Positions 26,936-42,150 of a DNA stretch of 64,000 nucleotides are shown one piece after another. The notes below the pieces were generated by a model. The model was not told where the DNA came from, made no database searches, and saw nothing but the letters and a program-made list of their open reading frames with translations. The stretch is taken from contig OZ242041.1 in the NCBI GenBank assembly GCA_965205215.1, forward strand, positions 1,408,001 to 1,472,000, in the 5' to 3' direction. Numbering within the stretch: position 1 is the first letter of the stretch; every line of letters starts with the position of its first letter. The translations under genes were made by a program, and so were the position numbers. This DNA comes from Nitrosopumilus sp. GTDB taxonomy: Archaea > Thermoproteota > Nitrososphaeria > Nitrososphaerales > Nitrosopumilaceae.

Positions 26936-28141
26936 ATGACACACGACGACACCGAGATCATCGGGAAGTCCGTCAAGGACATCTACGGCTCATACATGGG
27001 CAAGATAGTCGGCACGATAACTGAGATTGATGGTTCAATCCAGTCCGTCGGCGTCGACTGCGGCTCCAATGGACTGCAGATGATCCCCGACGAACACCTG
27101 GTGGTTCAGGGCGACGTAGTCATCTTCATACCAAAATGGCGGCTTGACTCGCAGAGGCTGATTCGGGAGAACCAGCTGACGCTGCGCCGCCTGAGGGCAA
27201 TGGTCGAGATCGTGGCCGGAAACGACGAGATGCGCGTGGATGCGGAGATCCTAGAGGAGAGATACCGCACCAAGCTCGACTCACTCCAGAAGATGATGGC
27301 TGAACTCAAGGCAACCTTGGATGCAAGGCTTGCCGAGCTTGAGGATCAGTCACGATCTGCCAAGATGCTCTTCTTTGATGCAAAGATCCAGTACAAGAGC
27401 AGCGAGATCCCAGAGTCGACGTTCGAGTCCGTAAGGATGGCAACAGGCGGCCTGATAGAGAACGCGTCTCACGAGACTGCAGAGATCAGCAACATCAAGG
27501 AGCGGATCCGCGGACTGGAGACTGAGATACGCGAGGTCAACGATCTTGTAAGAAGCGGAGAGGGAATCACTGCAGGGGATGCGGCGCAGCCGCATGCCGA
27601 GCAGCTGGCAGTATCCTCCGAGCCGATGCAGGCAGTTCTGCCCGAGACGCCGAGGGGCGACTTTGCAGAACACGCGACCGTGCCGGATGAAGTGGCTATA
27701 GGCGCCGCGACAGCAGCTACGACGACGCCGCCGTCGTCGGAGGTAACAGGAATGGTATCTCCGGACGGCGCACAGGGGGCTTTGACACAGGCAGCAGGGT
27801 CCCCCGACGAGGAGCAACCCTCTTCACCCGGGACGTCCAGCATACCGGATGCCTTCTCCAGCGCGAACCTAAACGCAGGCGCCGCCGCGGCTGCAGGCGC
27901 GGATGGGGCGACCACGATGCCGGGCCTGAACGTGCCAAGAGAGGATGTTGCGGCCCCCTCGCCAGCAGAGGCAGAGGCCGCCGACTCCCCGTATGCGCCA
28001 GGACCGGGAGCCCCGGAACCCGAACCCCCCGCTAGCGCGGAGTTTGCGTTTCCGGAACCCCCGCGCAACACGGCGGTTCGGGACACCCAGACGTCTCCAA
28101 AGAACGACGACGACTGGCTGTCGCGCATGGAGTCCCAGTAA
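26936..28141 (+). CDS. cdvA: Cell division protein CdvA with long acidic Pro/Ala tail
   Basis: PRC-barrel-like IIGKSVKDIYGSYMGKIVG, coiled-coil CdvA region, terminal DDWLSRMESQ. Confidence 0.85.
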   Translation: MTHDDTEIIGKSVKDIYGSYMGKIVGTITEIDGSIQSVGVDCGSNGLQMIPDEHLVVQGDVVIFIPKWRLDSQRLIRENQLTLRRLRAMVEIVAGNDEMRVDAEILEERYRTKLDSLQKMMAELKATLDARLAELEDQSRSAKMLFFDAKIQYKSSEIPESTFESVRMATGGLIENASHETAEISNIKERIRGLETEIREVNDLVRSGEGITAGDAAQPHAEQLAVSSEPMQAVLPETPRGDFAEHATVPDEVAIGAATAATTTPPSSEVTGMVSPDGAQGALTQAAGSPDEEQPSSPGTSSIPDAFSSANLNAGAAAAAGADGATTMPGLNVPREDVAAPSPAEAEAADSPYAPGPGAPEPEPPASAEFAFPEPPRNTAVRDTQTSPKNDDDWLSRMESQ

Positions 28142-28174
28142 CCACTGCCACCTCTTTTTTTTAACATTTAGATA

Positions 28175-30172
28175 ATGTGGGCGCATACAGAGCGCATGTC
28201 GGATGCCGGCAGCGGCGGCAGCAGCAGCAGCATTGAACACGGGGGCGACTCCGGCGAGGCCGGGGCGGCCGGTCGCGACGGGCGCGGCCTCAGGGAGTCG
28301 GCCGAGGCCGACCCCGAATCGTTCTGGGCGCGGCAGGCCGAGGAGGGACTGGAGTGGTTCAAGCCGTTTGACGTGACCCTGGAGTGGGACCATCCGTTTG
28401 CAAGGTGGTTCGTGGGAGGCACCACGAACGCCTGCTACAACGCGGTGGACAGGCATCAGCAGGAGCGCGCCGACAAGCCGGCCATAATATGGGAGGCCGA
28501 GGACGGGAACCAGAGGCGCACGATATCATACGGCGATCTGTTCGCGGACGTGCAGCGCTTTGCAAACGTCCTGAAGTCGCTTAGCGTCCGGAGCGGCGAC
28601 CGCGTCACCATATGCCTGCCGATGGTTCCCGAGCTCGCAGTCGCGATGCTCGCGTGCGCCAGGATCGGGGCCGTGCACACCGTGATATTCTCCGGGTTTA
28701 GCGCCGCGTCCATCAGGGAGCGCGTCTCTGACTCGGGCTCCAAGATAGTCATCACGGCCGACGGCGGGTACAGGCGCGGGCGCAGAGTAGAGCTCAAGAA
28801 AACGGTAGACGAGGCCCTGTCCGGGCTTGACTCGGTCAGACACGTGGTGGTGCTGCAAAGAACGCGGCACGATATTGCAATGTCGGGGACGCGCGACAAG
28901 TTCTGGGACGACCTGGTGGCCGCGGCGCCCGACGCCTGCCCCGCCGTGCCACTTGAGAGCTCCCACCCGCTGTTCATACTGTACACGTCGGGGACCACGG
29001 GCAAGCCCAAGGGGGTGTTACACGGGACGGGCGGGTACCTGACGCACGTGCACAGCACGTTCGGGTGGGCATTCGGGGCCGGCGACGACGACGTGTACTT
29101 TTGCACCGCCGACATAGGATGGGTGACGGGGCACAGCTACGTGGTGTACGGCCCGCTGATGCACGGGATTACGTCCGTGATGTATGAGGGGGCGCCCGAC
29201 CATCCGGGGCCGTCCCGGATGTGGCAGCTGATACGGGATCATAATGTAACCATATTTTACACGACGCCGACCCTGCTGAGGATGCTGATGCGGTTTGACG
29301 GCCCGGGGGAGGACGGCGGCCGGCACGGGGGCCCGTCCGGGCTTGACACCCTGCGGCTGCTCGGCACCGTGGGGGAGCCGATAAACCCCGAGGTGTGGAG
29401 GTGGTACCATGACAGGGTGGGCCAGGGGCGCTGCCCGGTCATAGACACTTGGTGGCAGACTGAGACCGGCGGGATGCTGATATCGCCGCTGCCTGCAATC
29501 GAGGATGCGATCCCAAAGCCCGGCTCGGCCGCGAGGCCGGTTCCCGGCGTCGAGATAGACGTGCTTGACGACGAGGGAAACCCGATCCCCATAGGCACGA
29601 AGGGGCAGCTCGTGGTGAGAAAGCCCTGGCCGGGCATGCTGATGACGTTGTGGGGCGATGACGCCCGCTACAGGGAGGCGTACTGGAAGAGGTACCCGGG
29701 GCTGTACCACCCCGGGGACTATGCGCGCATAGACGAGGACGGGTACGTGTGGCTGCTGGGCAGGGCCGACGACGTACTAAAGGTGGCCGGCCACCGGATC
29801 GGAACCGCCGAGCTGGAGGGATGCGTGGTCTCCCATGACGCGGTGGCCGAGTCCGCTGTATGCGGGGTCCCCGACGAGGTAAAGGGCCAGTCCATAGTGG
29901 TCTTTGCGGTCCCGAGGAGCGGTATACCTGAGGCTGGCCACGGCCGCCTCGCGTCTGAGATTGCAAAAAAGATACGCGGCGAGGTGGGCTCGATTGCAAC
30001 CCCGGGCGCCGTATACGTGGTGCCGCGGCTGCCAAAGACCCGGAGCGGCAAGATAATGCGGAGGCTCCTAAAGTCGCTTGCAGTCGGCGGCGAGGTCGGC
30101 GACACCAGCACGCTTGAGGACGCCGACGTGATAGAAGAGATAAGGCGGTTGCTGTCGTCGCAAAAACCCTGA
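28175..30172 (+). CDS. acs: Acetate--CoA ligase (AMP-forming)
   Basis: YTSGTTGKPKG, ADIGWVTGHSY, GTVGEPINPE, DTWWQTETG, PKTRSGKIMRR. Confidence 0.94.
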   Translation: MWAHTERMSDAGSGGSSSSIEHGGDSGEAGAAGRDGRGLRESAEADPESFWARQAEEGLEWFKPFDVTLEWDHPFARWFVGGTTNACYNAVDRHQQERADKPAIIWEAEDGNQRRTISYGDLFADVQRFANVLKSLSVRSGDRVTICLPMVPELAVAMLACARIGAVHTVIFSGFSAASIRERVSDSGSKIVITADGGYRRGRRVELKKTVDEALSGLDSVRHVVVLQRTRHDIAMSGTRDKFWDDLVAAAPDACPAVPLESSHPLFILYTSGTTGKPKGVLHGTGGYLTHVHSTFGWAFGAGDDDVYFCTADIGWVTGHSYVVYGPLMHGITSVMYEGAPDHPGPSRMWQLIRDHNVTIFYTTPTLLRMLMRFDGPGEDGGRHGGPSGLDTLRLLGTVGEPINPEVWRWYHDRVGQGRCPVIDTWWQTETGGMLISPLPAIEDAIPKPGSAARPVPGVEIDVLDDEGNPIPIGTKGQLVVRKPWPGMLMTLWGDDARYREAYWKRYPGLYHPGDYARIDEDGYVWLLGRADDVLKVAGHRIGTAELEGCVVSHDAVAESAVCGVPDEVKGQSIVVFAVPRSGIPEAGHGRLASEIAKKIRGEVGSIATPGAVYVVPRLPKTRSGKIMRRLLKSLAVGGEVGDTSTLEDADVIEEIRRLLSSQKP

Positions 30173-30224
30173 GATGTAACTCTTCTGGGCCGTTGCCCCC
30201 GCTACCACTGCCGCTGCCGCCGAC

Positions 30225-30770
30225 TCACGCGGCGTCGTCCACCATGCCTGCCAGGTCGACGCCTGCCAGCATCTCGAACATCTGCCTCAGCCCGTCGTAC
30301 TCGGACTTTGAGGTGTCGTCCATAACCTCGTATTGCTCCCTTCTGATATCCTCGAGGCGCCTGTTGGCGTCCCTTATGAAATCATTGCATGTCTTGATTA
30401 GGGACCTTTTCGCAGCCATCTCCTCAAGGTCAAATATTGCAGTGTTGCTTCCCATCAACACGCCCGTGCGGTCGTAGATGCTCGTGGCCTGGAGCAGCCC
30501 GGGGAACTTGGTGCCGTCCTCCTTGAGGAAAACGATCTTTTGATCCGTGACCTTGCCCGTCTCAAACCACCTAGTCAGCGACTTGGTCATGCCGTCCCAC
30601 GACTCCTTGGGGACGTGCTCAAATACCGTCTTGCCAATTATCTCCGACTTTGCGTACTGGAGCTTTGCGGCATACGTACTGTTGCAGTCGATTATGACCC
30701 CTATCGAGTTTATCCTCCTCCACATGATGGGCGCGTCCTTGAGCGTCCTCCTGGCCTCTGTCTGGATCAT
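30225..30770 (-). CDS. PAS-domain protein with C-terminal helical region
   Basis: GVIIDCNSTYAAKLQYAKSEIIGKTVFEH...KEDGTKFPGLLQATSIYDRTG. Confidence 0.85.
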   Translation of the reverse strand: MIQTEARRTLKDAPIMWRRINSIGVIIDCNSTYAAKLQYAKSEIIGKTVFEHVPKESWDGMTKSLTRWFETGKVTDQKIVFLKEDGTKFPGLLQATSIYDRTGVLMGSNTAIFDLEEMAAKRSLIKTCNDFIRDANRRLEDIRREQYEVMDDTSKSEYDGLRQMFEMLAGVDLAGMVDDAA

Positions 30771-30943
30771 GCCCTGTGTGCCAGAGCTTTGTAATTAATT
30801 GTTGAGCTGGGGGGGGGGGGGCGGCGTGAGTCCCGCATACCCCCATCGCAGCCGCAAGTCACGCTCGTAACAGTGGCAGCGCCCCCCCCGCATGGCAGCA
30901 GAATCATATGCCGCCGCAGGCGCCGCAACGGGACGATCGCGCG

Positions 30944-31969
30944 TCAGAACCACTTCTCAAGGCTCTGGCCGCGCCTTTCTTGGGCCTTTTCAAGCCTGTG
31001 GAGCGCGGACTGTATCCTCTCCGCGCTAAAGTCCCTTTCCGCTGCCAGATACTCGAGTATGCCGTCGCGGTCAGGCGAGCCGAACTCCAGGGCGTACCCG
31101 TCGGGCACCTTGGGCGCGAGAAATATCCTGCGTATCTCCTCGTACTCCGTCCTGCCCAGCTGCTCCTGTATGGACGGTATGTCCTCCAGCCTCTTGTGCC
31201 TCTTGATCAGCTTTAGCGCGGTCTTCGGGCCGATCCTCTCAAAGCCGCGAGGGTTAAAGTCCGTCCCTACGAGTATCCCGATGTCGACTATCTGTTCGTG
31301 GGTTATGCCCAGCGCGTCGTACACCTTGCGCGCCTCGATTATCTCGGGCACGACGTCGACGTACGTGTTGCTGTTTGGGTTCCTCCTCCTCTTGCCGCTC
31401 GTAAAGTTCCTGACGAGCCGCTTTGCCCCGAACAGCACAGAGTCAAAATCCTGGCTTGCAGACGCAAAGGCGACTCCCGTGCTTGCCATGTGCGCCGAGA
31501 CCGCCTCGCCTTCTGACGGGGCGTCCACGTACGGGATGCCCAGCAGATCCAGCAGCTGCTTTGACTCTTGTATCATCCCGTCCTGAAGTGACGTGGTCTG
31601 CTGCGCAAACTTTCTGGCCTCGGCCATGTCGCCCCTGGATACGGCCTTTTCGTATTTTATGGCCGCGTCCCTCTTCACTTGACGCCTCCTCTCCACCTCC
31701 GCAGACTTGAGGGACGGCGGCTTGCCGTCAAACACGTAGACGGGCTTGACGCCGGTTACAAGAAAGCTGATGTTGCGGTTGAACAGCCCGCTGAGGTGGC
31801 TTGTCACCCTTCCGCTCGAATCTGTCATCTGGGCCCCGTCGACGCCGCGTATGCTCGAGAGGAACTGGTATATTGCGTTGTATGCGTCGATTGCCACGAC
31901 CTTTGAGGCAAAGTATCCTATGTCGGTTCTCTCTCTTGTCGTGATTATGTCCTTTATGTTTACGCCCAT
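30944..31969 (-). CDS. fen: Flap endonuclease 1
   Basis: [44 protein letters not shown]-terminal PIP box QSLEKWF. Confidence 0.97.
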   Translation of the reverse strand: MGVNIKDIITTRERTDIGYFASKVVAIDAYNAIYQFLSSIRGVDGAQMTDSSGRVTSHLSGLFNRNISFLVTGVKPVYVFDGKPPSLKSAEVERRRQVKRDAAIKYEKAVSRGDMAEARKFAQQTTSLQDGMIQESKQLLDLLGIPYVDAPSEGEAVSAHMASTGVAFASASQDFDSVLFGAKRLVRNFTSGKRRRNPNSNTYVDVVPEIIEARKVYDALGITHEQIVDIGILVGTDFNPRGFERIGPKTALKLIKRHKRLEDIPSIQEQLGRTEYEEIRRIFLAPKVPDGYALEFGSPDRDGILEYLAAERDFSAERIQSALHRLEKAQERRGQSLEKWF

Positions 31970-32173
31970 GCCCCGGTTGCAGGCGCGTCGTTATTTTGTG
32001 TTTGTCGCCGTTGTTGCGGGCAAGTCAGTCCCTCTTGCACGCCGGCGTCTCGGTGACGGTGAGCGCGGCAGTAGCGGCAGCGACGGCGCGGGGCCGCGAT
32101 ACGTCGCGCCGCATCGGCAACGGAGGTCCGGCGTGATCAATCTTTTATGGGGGCGTGCACCCCGCCACTAATC

Positions 32174-32344
32174 ATGGATTCAAACGACGCGGGTCCGGAT
32201 ACGGGCGGCGACGCATACGCCTCTGATGATCCGACCGACACGTCTGCTGCCGAACAAGAGAAGATGGCATTGGAGGCGGTAGAGAAGTTCAAGGCACTCT
32301 GCGGGGCCGGCGACTCTGATGACAGTGACAAGCGCGGAGCGTGA
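32174..32344 (+). CDS. Small acidic hypothetical protein
   Basis: ATG ~25 nt after TTTTAT; EQEKMALEAVEKFKALC helix. Confidence 0.4.
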   Translation: MDSNDAGPDTGGDAYASDDPTDTSAAEQEKMALEAVEKFKALCGAGDSDDSDKRGA

Positions 32345-32550
32345 CGCACGTGGTGGCACCCGTAAGCGACTCATAATCGGCGCGGCAAGCGGCACCGATG
32401 TCGCACCCTTTGACCGTGCCCGGCCTTGAACTGGCTTGCTCTGCTTCCCTACGCCGCCCCCACATGCGCCCGCATGTCAGAGCGCGGCGCAATCATCCGC
32501 TCGTGCTGCAATCCCACAAAATGTAAATTCGTGCCGTATACAGCATGTGC

Positions 32551-33408
32551 GTGGGATTCTTCAACTTTGGTCGCGGCGGGGACATTGTCGGCAGCCGCAT
32601 CTCCGAGTCTGACTCAAAGGAGATCCTGAACAGGGCCGACTCGCTTGCGGGATCCGGCAAGCCCAAGGATGCCATCTCCCTGTACAACAAGATACTAAAG
32701 TCCGATCCACGCAGCATCAGGGCCCTGTACGGCAAGGGCATGGCGCTCAACATGGCCAAGAAGTATTCCGACGCGGTCACCTGCTTTGACCAGCTGCTCG
32801 CCATATCCCCCGACGACGTCAAGGCCCTCAACAACCGGGGAATCGCGATGGCCGAGATGGGCAACATACAGGACGCCGCCGAGTATTACCAAAAGGCAAT
32901 AAGCGCCGATCCCAAGCACGCCGCGTCGTACTTTAACATGGGCGTCCTGCTTGATCGGCTGCAGGAGCGCGAGGACGCCCTCGAGATGCTCGAAAAGGCC
33001 CACTCGCTTGATCCGAAAAAGGCAAACGCGTTGTTTTACAAGGGAATAGTGCTTGGAAAGATGAGGATGCACCCCGAGGCCCTGGAATGCTTTGAGCGCG
33101 TCTTGAAAAAGCACCCTGATCACACGGACGCGCGCTTCCACAGGGGGATCGAGCTTGCAGAGACGGGCCGGCACGAGGAGGCCCTTCGGGTGTATGACCG
33201 TTTGATGTCGTCGCACGGCTCAAACGTGAACCTGACGTACGCAAAATCCCGCAGCCTTGCCGCACTGGGACGCTACCCGGAGGCCCTGGAGCTCCTAAAG
33301 CAGGCCGCCTCGTCGCGCTCAAAGACAATACGCCAATGGGCAAAGGATGAGCCGGCGTTCGTGCCCCTCCATGACAATCCCCAGTTCAGAAGGATTGCGC
33401 GCCTATAG
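32551..33408 (+). CDS. Tetratricopeptide repeat protein
   Basis: Repeated ALYGKG/ALNNRG/YFNMG/LFYKG TPR units; C-terminal WAKDEPAFVPL. Confidence 0.92.
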   Translation: MGFFNFGRGGDIVGSRISESDSKEILNRADSLAGSGKPKDAISLYNKILKSDPRSIRALYGKGMALNMAKKYSDAVTCFDQLLAISPDDVKALNNRGIAMAEMGNIQDAAEYYQKAISADPKHAASYFNMGVLLDRLQEREDALEMLEKAHSLDPKKANALFYKGIVLGKMRMHPEALECFERVLKKHPDHTDARFHRGIELAETGRHEEALRVYDRLMSSHGSNVNLTYAKSRSLAALGRYPEALELLKQAASSRSKTIRQWAKDEPAFVPLHDNPQFRRIARL

Positions 33409-33709
33409 GGGTGTGGGGGCCCGGCGGCAAAGACTCGTGTGCACGCGACTGCGGTGTGCCTCTCTTGGCGCGGACCTGCATGTCTGTGCATACTTGCCGA
33501 CAATCGTATTCTCATGACTGTACTTGCACGACGCAATTATTCCAAAGCACGCGTTTGGAATCTGACTGATCTTGTGATTTGACGCGCACTTGTTGCCCCC
33601 TGCCTGTCAAACCCGGCAGTGGGGACTGGCCGGCACGGGTTTTCCCGAGGCCCGAACCTGCTCTGGCGCTATGCAAAGAATTATTACGTGCCCTCCCGTT
33701 GCACATCGT

Positions 33710-34075
33710 ATGGCTTCTGAAAGCGACGGCTATATCGGGAAGTTTCTAAAAAAGGCCGACGAGGCAGTACAGGAAGGCGTCAAAAAGGCCGATGCAGTTC
33801 TTGCCGAGGCCGTCGAAGTCGGCGCAATCTCTGCCAAGGAGGCAGCCAAGACGGGCAGAAAACTTAGCCAAAAAGCCTTGAGAGAGGAATCAAAGATGCA
33901 AAAAAAGGCCGAAAAGATACTCAACGACAAACTAAAGAATCTGAAGGGCGGCGGTAACCGCGACTCAATGCGTGACCTGGAGTTAATCGAGAAACTAGGC
34001 GAGCTAAAGGACAAGGGCGTGATTACTGAGCGCGAGTTCCAGTCCAAAAAGAAAAAGATACTAGATCAGATATGA
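33710..34075 (+). CDS. SHOCT-domain protein
   Basis: C-terminal IEKLGELKDKGVITEREFQSKKKKIL. Confidence 0.85.
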   Translation: MASESDGYIGKFLKKADEAVQEGVKKADAVLAEAVEVGAISAKEAAKTGRKLSQKALREESKMQKKAEKILNDKLKNLKGGGNRDSMRDLELIEKLGELKDKGVITEREFQSKKKKILDQI

Positions 34076-34536
34076 GAAAGGCAAACATCAACAGCAAAAG
34101 CAACCTGAGAAAGGTCGATCCGAACTGGTTTACCGGCCGCACTTGGATGCGCTCCGTATCCGACGTGGTAGGATCCAAGGGGCACGACATGTACCATGTC
34201 CACTTCGAGTCGGGCTCCAGGACCAAGCTTCACGCCCATAACGGCGATCAGATTCTGATGGCCACAAAGGGGGCTGGAAGCCTCGAGGTTTTTGAGAAAC
34301 TAGACGGCTCTAGGCGCCGCTTTGCAATGAGGCGCACCCGGACAGTAAAACTCTCGGCCGGGGACGTGGTGTACATTCCGGCCGGCATGCTGCATACGCA
34401 CGGCTCTGTTGACCGAAAGAGGACGTTCTCTCATGTGGCCATCAACGTACTGCCGGGCCGGCGCGGCGGCGGCACTTCCTACAAGACCGTCTGGTACGAA
34501 TCGGACTTTGAACGGTCCGTATCTGCGATTATATGA
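34072..34536 (+). CDS. Cupin-domain protein
   Basis: HVHFESGSRTKLHAH...GDVVYIPAGMLHTHG; ATGA overlap with the SHOCT gene. Confidence 0.9.
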   Translation: MRKANINSKSNLRKVDPNWFTGRTWMRSVSDVVGSKGHDMYHVHFESGSRTKLHAHNGDQILMATKGAGSLEVFEKLDGSRRRFAMRRTRTVKLSAGDVVYIPAGMLHTHGSVDRKRTFSHVAINVLPGRRGGGTSYKTVWYESDFERSVSAII

Positions 34537-34621
34537 CTGCGGCGGCGCGTCTTGAATTCGCCCCTGCTACCGTATGCCCTGATGGCAGTCCCGGGACTAT
34601 CGCGCACAGTTTTGTAGTCGA

Positions 34622-34706
34622 TGGCGCCGGGAAAGGGACTCGAACCCCTGAACGCTTTCGCGTAGCCGTTTTCGAGACGGCCGCCTTACCACTTGGCTAT
34701 CCCGGC
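34622..34706 (-). tRNA. tRNA-Ser(CGA) with encoded CCA
   Basis: GCCGGGATAGCCAAGTGGTAAGGC..., anticodon arm GCCGT-CTCGAAA-ACGGC, long variable arm ACGC-GAAA-GCGT, G discriminator. Confidence 0.96.
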
Positions 34707-34828
34707 AACATTCCTGATTTGCACTCCGTAATAAAGCAAGACGAACCTGCGTCTGACTACTCCCATTCCTGCCGCGGCAACCGCGTCCGCGGCAGTCTTT
34801 ATTACCGCCGTCATGGCGCCCCCCGCGC

Positions 34829-35179
34829 ATGCCGTATGAGTTTGACGCGACCAAGGTGTTTGTCCACCGGTGGCCCCACGATACTCCCAAGTGGAGCGGG
34901 GACTTTCAGGAGGCCGTGGATGCTAAAATCAACACAAGCTCGGCCCTGCGCAAAGTCGAGCTGGCCGACCGGAGCGTTACAATAAACGGGTGCGGTTTTG
35001 AAGCGCTGAAGAACGTGGGAGTCTCCGTACCATTCTTTCGAAAGGAATGCAGGATGATGTTTGAGGGCGTTTGCATGGGTAATTACGCCCACGTCCATGT
35101 GTACGCGGCCTTGGGGGCGGATCGCTATCTGGAAGCTTTTGCTGGCATTGCGGACTGGATGCGCGCTCACGGATACTGA
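34829..35179 (+). CDS. Conserved hypothetical protein
   Basis: 116-aa globular ORF; TTTATTA upstream. Confidence 0.7.
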   Translation: MPYEFDATKVFVHRWPHDTPKWSGDFQEAVDAKINTSSALRKVELADRSVTINGCGFEALKNVGVSVPFFRKECRMMFEGVCMGNYAHVHVYAALGADRYLEAFAGIADWMRAHGY

Positions 35180-35286
35180 CGCGCCGCCGTTCCTGCCCGC
35201 GTCCCTTGTATTTCGTGACGCGAGCTGCCATGCGGCGCCTCTGCCGTCTGGGGATGCGCGGCGGCGCCCCGCAGCGGCTTGCGATG

Positions 35287-36594
35287 CTACTTGTGATGCC
35301 TCTTGAAATCCTCTGACGCCGCTATAAGCCGTTCTATGTCGTCGTCCGTATGCGCGCTGGATATTGCACCCATCTTGCCGGGAAGCATGAATATTCCATC
35401 CTGCGCAATCATCTTGAGGTGGTACTGGTGAAGCTTGTCTTGGTCACACAATGCAGCCTGCTCCGCGTTGCGCACCTCCGCGTGCCTCTTGTCGGGCGTT
35501 GCAAAATGCACCATGAATATGGAGCCGGTTCCAGTTACGTCCGCAGCCTCGTCTCCAAAAACCTCCGTAACTCCAGCCCTTGCGCGCTCCCCCATACTTG
35601 ACAACCTGTTGTATGTGGACTGGTTGTCCCTCATGTGCTCGAGCGTGGCCCTTCCTGCTGTCATGGACGCCGGGTTTGCAGAAAACGTCCCTCCTCCGAT
35701 ATAACTGCGGTCAGCGCTTGATGTGTCGGCGTGCGCCATTATCTCGTCGGCGCCGCAAACCGCCCCTATCGGCATTCCCCCGCCTATTATCTTTCCCAAG
35801 GTTATGACATCCGGCTCAAGCGGCATCGATTCGTACGTGCAGCCATATCTGAGCCTAAAACCAGTCACAATCTCATCCAGTATGAAGAGCGCGCCGCATC
35901 CGTGGACAAACTCCTGAACGCCTGCCAGGTATTCGGCCGATGCGGGAATGCCGCCGGCACCGCCCAGCACGGGCTCGACTATGATGCCCGCAAGCCTGTT
36001 TTTGCACCCTGACAGGATCTTTGCCGTCGCATCAAGATCGTTGTACGGGACGGAGACTATGTTGTCCGCGCCCACGAGCCCAGAGCTCTCCGACTCATTG
36101 AAGGGCCAGTTTACGCTCTTCAGTAGATCCGACGCGTACCCGTGCCACCCGCCGTCGACCTTTGCAATCACGTCCCTCTTGGTGTGTGTGCGCGCAAGCC
36201 TTGCTGCATACATGACTGCTTCGGTACCGGATGCGGTGTATCGTATCTTCTCTGCCGCCGGCACCGCGCCTGATATGATTTTTGACAGTTTTATGGTCTG
36301 CTCGTTTACCGTCCCGTACATCCAACCGTCTTCCAACTGATCGTGCAGGCTGCGTACTACGTGTTTGGGCGCATGCCCCTGTATGAGGCTCCAGTGCCCC
36401 ATCCAGTAGTCTTTATACCTGTTGCCGTCGACATCTGTCAGGCTGCCGCCCTCCGATGATTTTACGACAAACGGGTACGGTTCAAAGTATCTGATGTTGT
36501 GCGACACCCCGTTTATGTGCATTTTTGCTGATTCTGCAAACAGTCTGGCCGATGTCGGAGTCTTTCTTGAATATTCTGCCTCGTATGAGTTCAA
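35287..36594 (-). CDS. hemL: Glutamate-1-semialdehyde 2,1-aminomutase
   Basis: DVDGNRYKDY, SGTEA, DEIVTGFR, LGKIIGGGMPIGA, GGTFSANP. Confidence 0.88.
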   Translation of the reverse strand: MNSYEAEYSRKTPTSARLFAESAKMHINGVSHNIRYFEPYPFVVKSSEGGSLTDVDGNRYKDYWMGHWSLIQGHAPKHVVRSLHDQLEDGWMYGTVNEQTIKLSKIISGAVPAAEKIRYTASGTEAVMYAARLARTHTKRDVIAKVDGGWHGYASDLLKSVNWPFNESESSGLVGADNIVSVPYNDLDATAKILSGCKNRLAGIIVEPVLGGAGGIPASAEYLAGVQEFVHGCGALFILDEIVTGFRLRYGCTYESMPLEPDVITLGKIIGGGMPIGAVCGADEIMAHADTSSADRSYIGGGTFSANPASMTAGRATLEHMRDNQSTYNRLSSMGERARAGVTEVFGDEAADVTGTGSIFMVHFATPDKRHAEVRNAEQAALCDQDKLHQYHLKMIAQDGIFMLPGKMGAISSAHTDDDIERLIAASEDFKRHHK

Positions 36595-37059
36595 CAGCTT
36601 ATTCTTCTGTGCTTGTAATTTTAACCAATCCTGGGCGCGTGCTGATCGTGACGCCGCCGACTGGCCGCAGACGCGGCCATGATTCTTCTGCCCGCTGTAA
36701 CACCGCGCCGGCGCGCTGCGGACCCTCCCCGCTTGAAATCCTGCCGCGGGCCATGATCTGTCCGTGCCTCCCTGTTGTGCGGGCGTAATAGACTAGAGGA
36801 ACCGGGAGGTGCTTGACATGGCGCAAAGAGAGAACGCGCTGCGCCGCATCGGCGTTACGTTTTACGAAGTGCTGCGGCCATGCAGGCACCGAGTTCCGGG
36901 GCATGTGTGGGGGAAGAGAGACTGCCTTTCCGCCGAAGGGCAGTTACTCTGATCTCCTGAAATTTTTGGGCAGCTGGCGCGTGCGCACTCGCACATGAGC
37001 TGGGCATCGTGCCTAGATCAGGCCCGGGCGGAGGGCCTGCGCGCGCGGCTTCTCGCATG

Positions 37060-37068
37060 GTTTATATG
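37060..37068 (+). promoter_or_regulatory. Probable TATA box of the rRNA operon
   Basis: TTTATAT ~245 nt upstream of 16S. Confidence 0.55.
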
Positions 37069-37308
37069 CTTTTTAGGGGATAATACAATCTGCATGCGTT
37101 TCGCAATAGGCGGCGCCTGTGATGAAGTGTGGCAACATGCCACGTTGTGATTCACGGGCCTCCAGTCACGCATACAGAGATGAGGATTTGATCAAGCGGT
37201 CAATATCTGAGATGTGAAGATTATGTGCAATAACAGCAACCACCAATTCCGACAACAAACAAAAGTCATACACAAAGACGAACGTATCTTGTGTAATCAT
37301 CATTTCAG

Positions 37309-38779
<1,471 letters not shown>

Positions 38780-38919
38780 TAGAAAACTCGGATGCGGTGC
38801 GTTGTTGTTATTATCACATATCTTCTGCAGTACGCCATTAACGTGGCGTATCAAGGATCGAGCGGGCGCGCCCCCACCCGGGGCCGCTTGCTGTGAGGTC
38901 GTGCATGGTCGTGTAATAT

Positions 38920-41918
<2,999 letters not shown>

Positions 41919-42150
41919 TTACATAGAGGCCATGCGCGACATATCTCATACGTGTCGCGATGACGTCGACTCTCATATATTACACGACCGCTTGCAAATC
42001 CTCATTTTTTTCAATTTGATGGTACGGTAGCGTAAGCTGCGCCCGCCGGCGCGGCGCCCGCCTGCCGCCGCCTCGATACCCTTACACGACCGTCCATGTT
42101 CTTGTCTGCTGTACATGGTTAATATCTGAACGAGCCCAACGGCCCGTGGC

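Noticed and set aside
34536-34706. tRNA-Ser or tRNA-Phe as an integration site
   Set aside because: No duplicated tRNA 3' end and no integrase seen in the window
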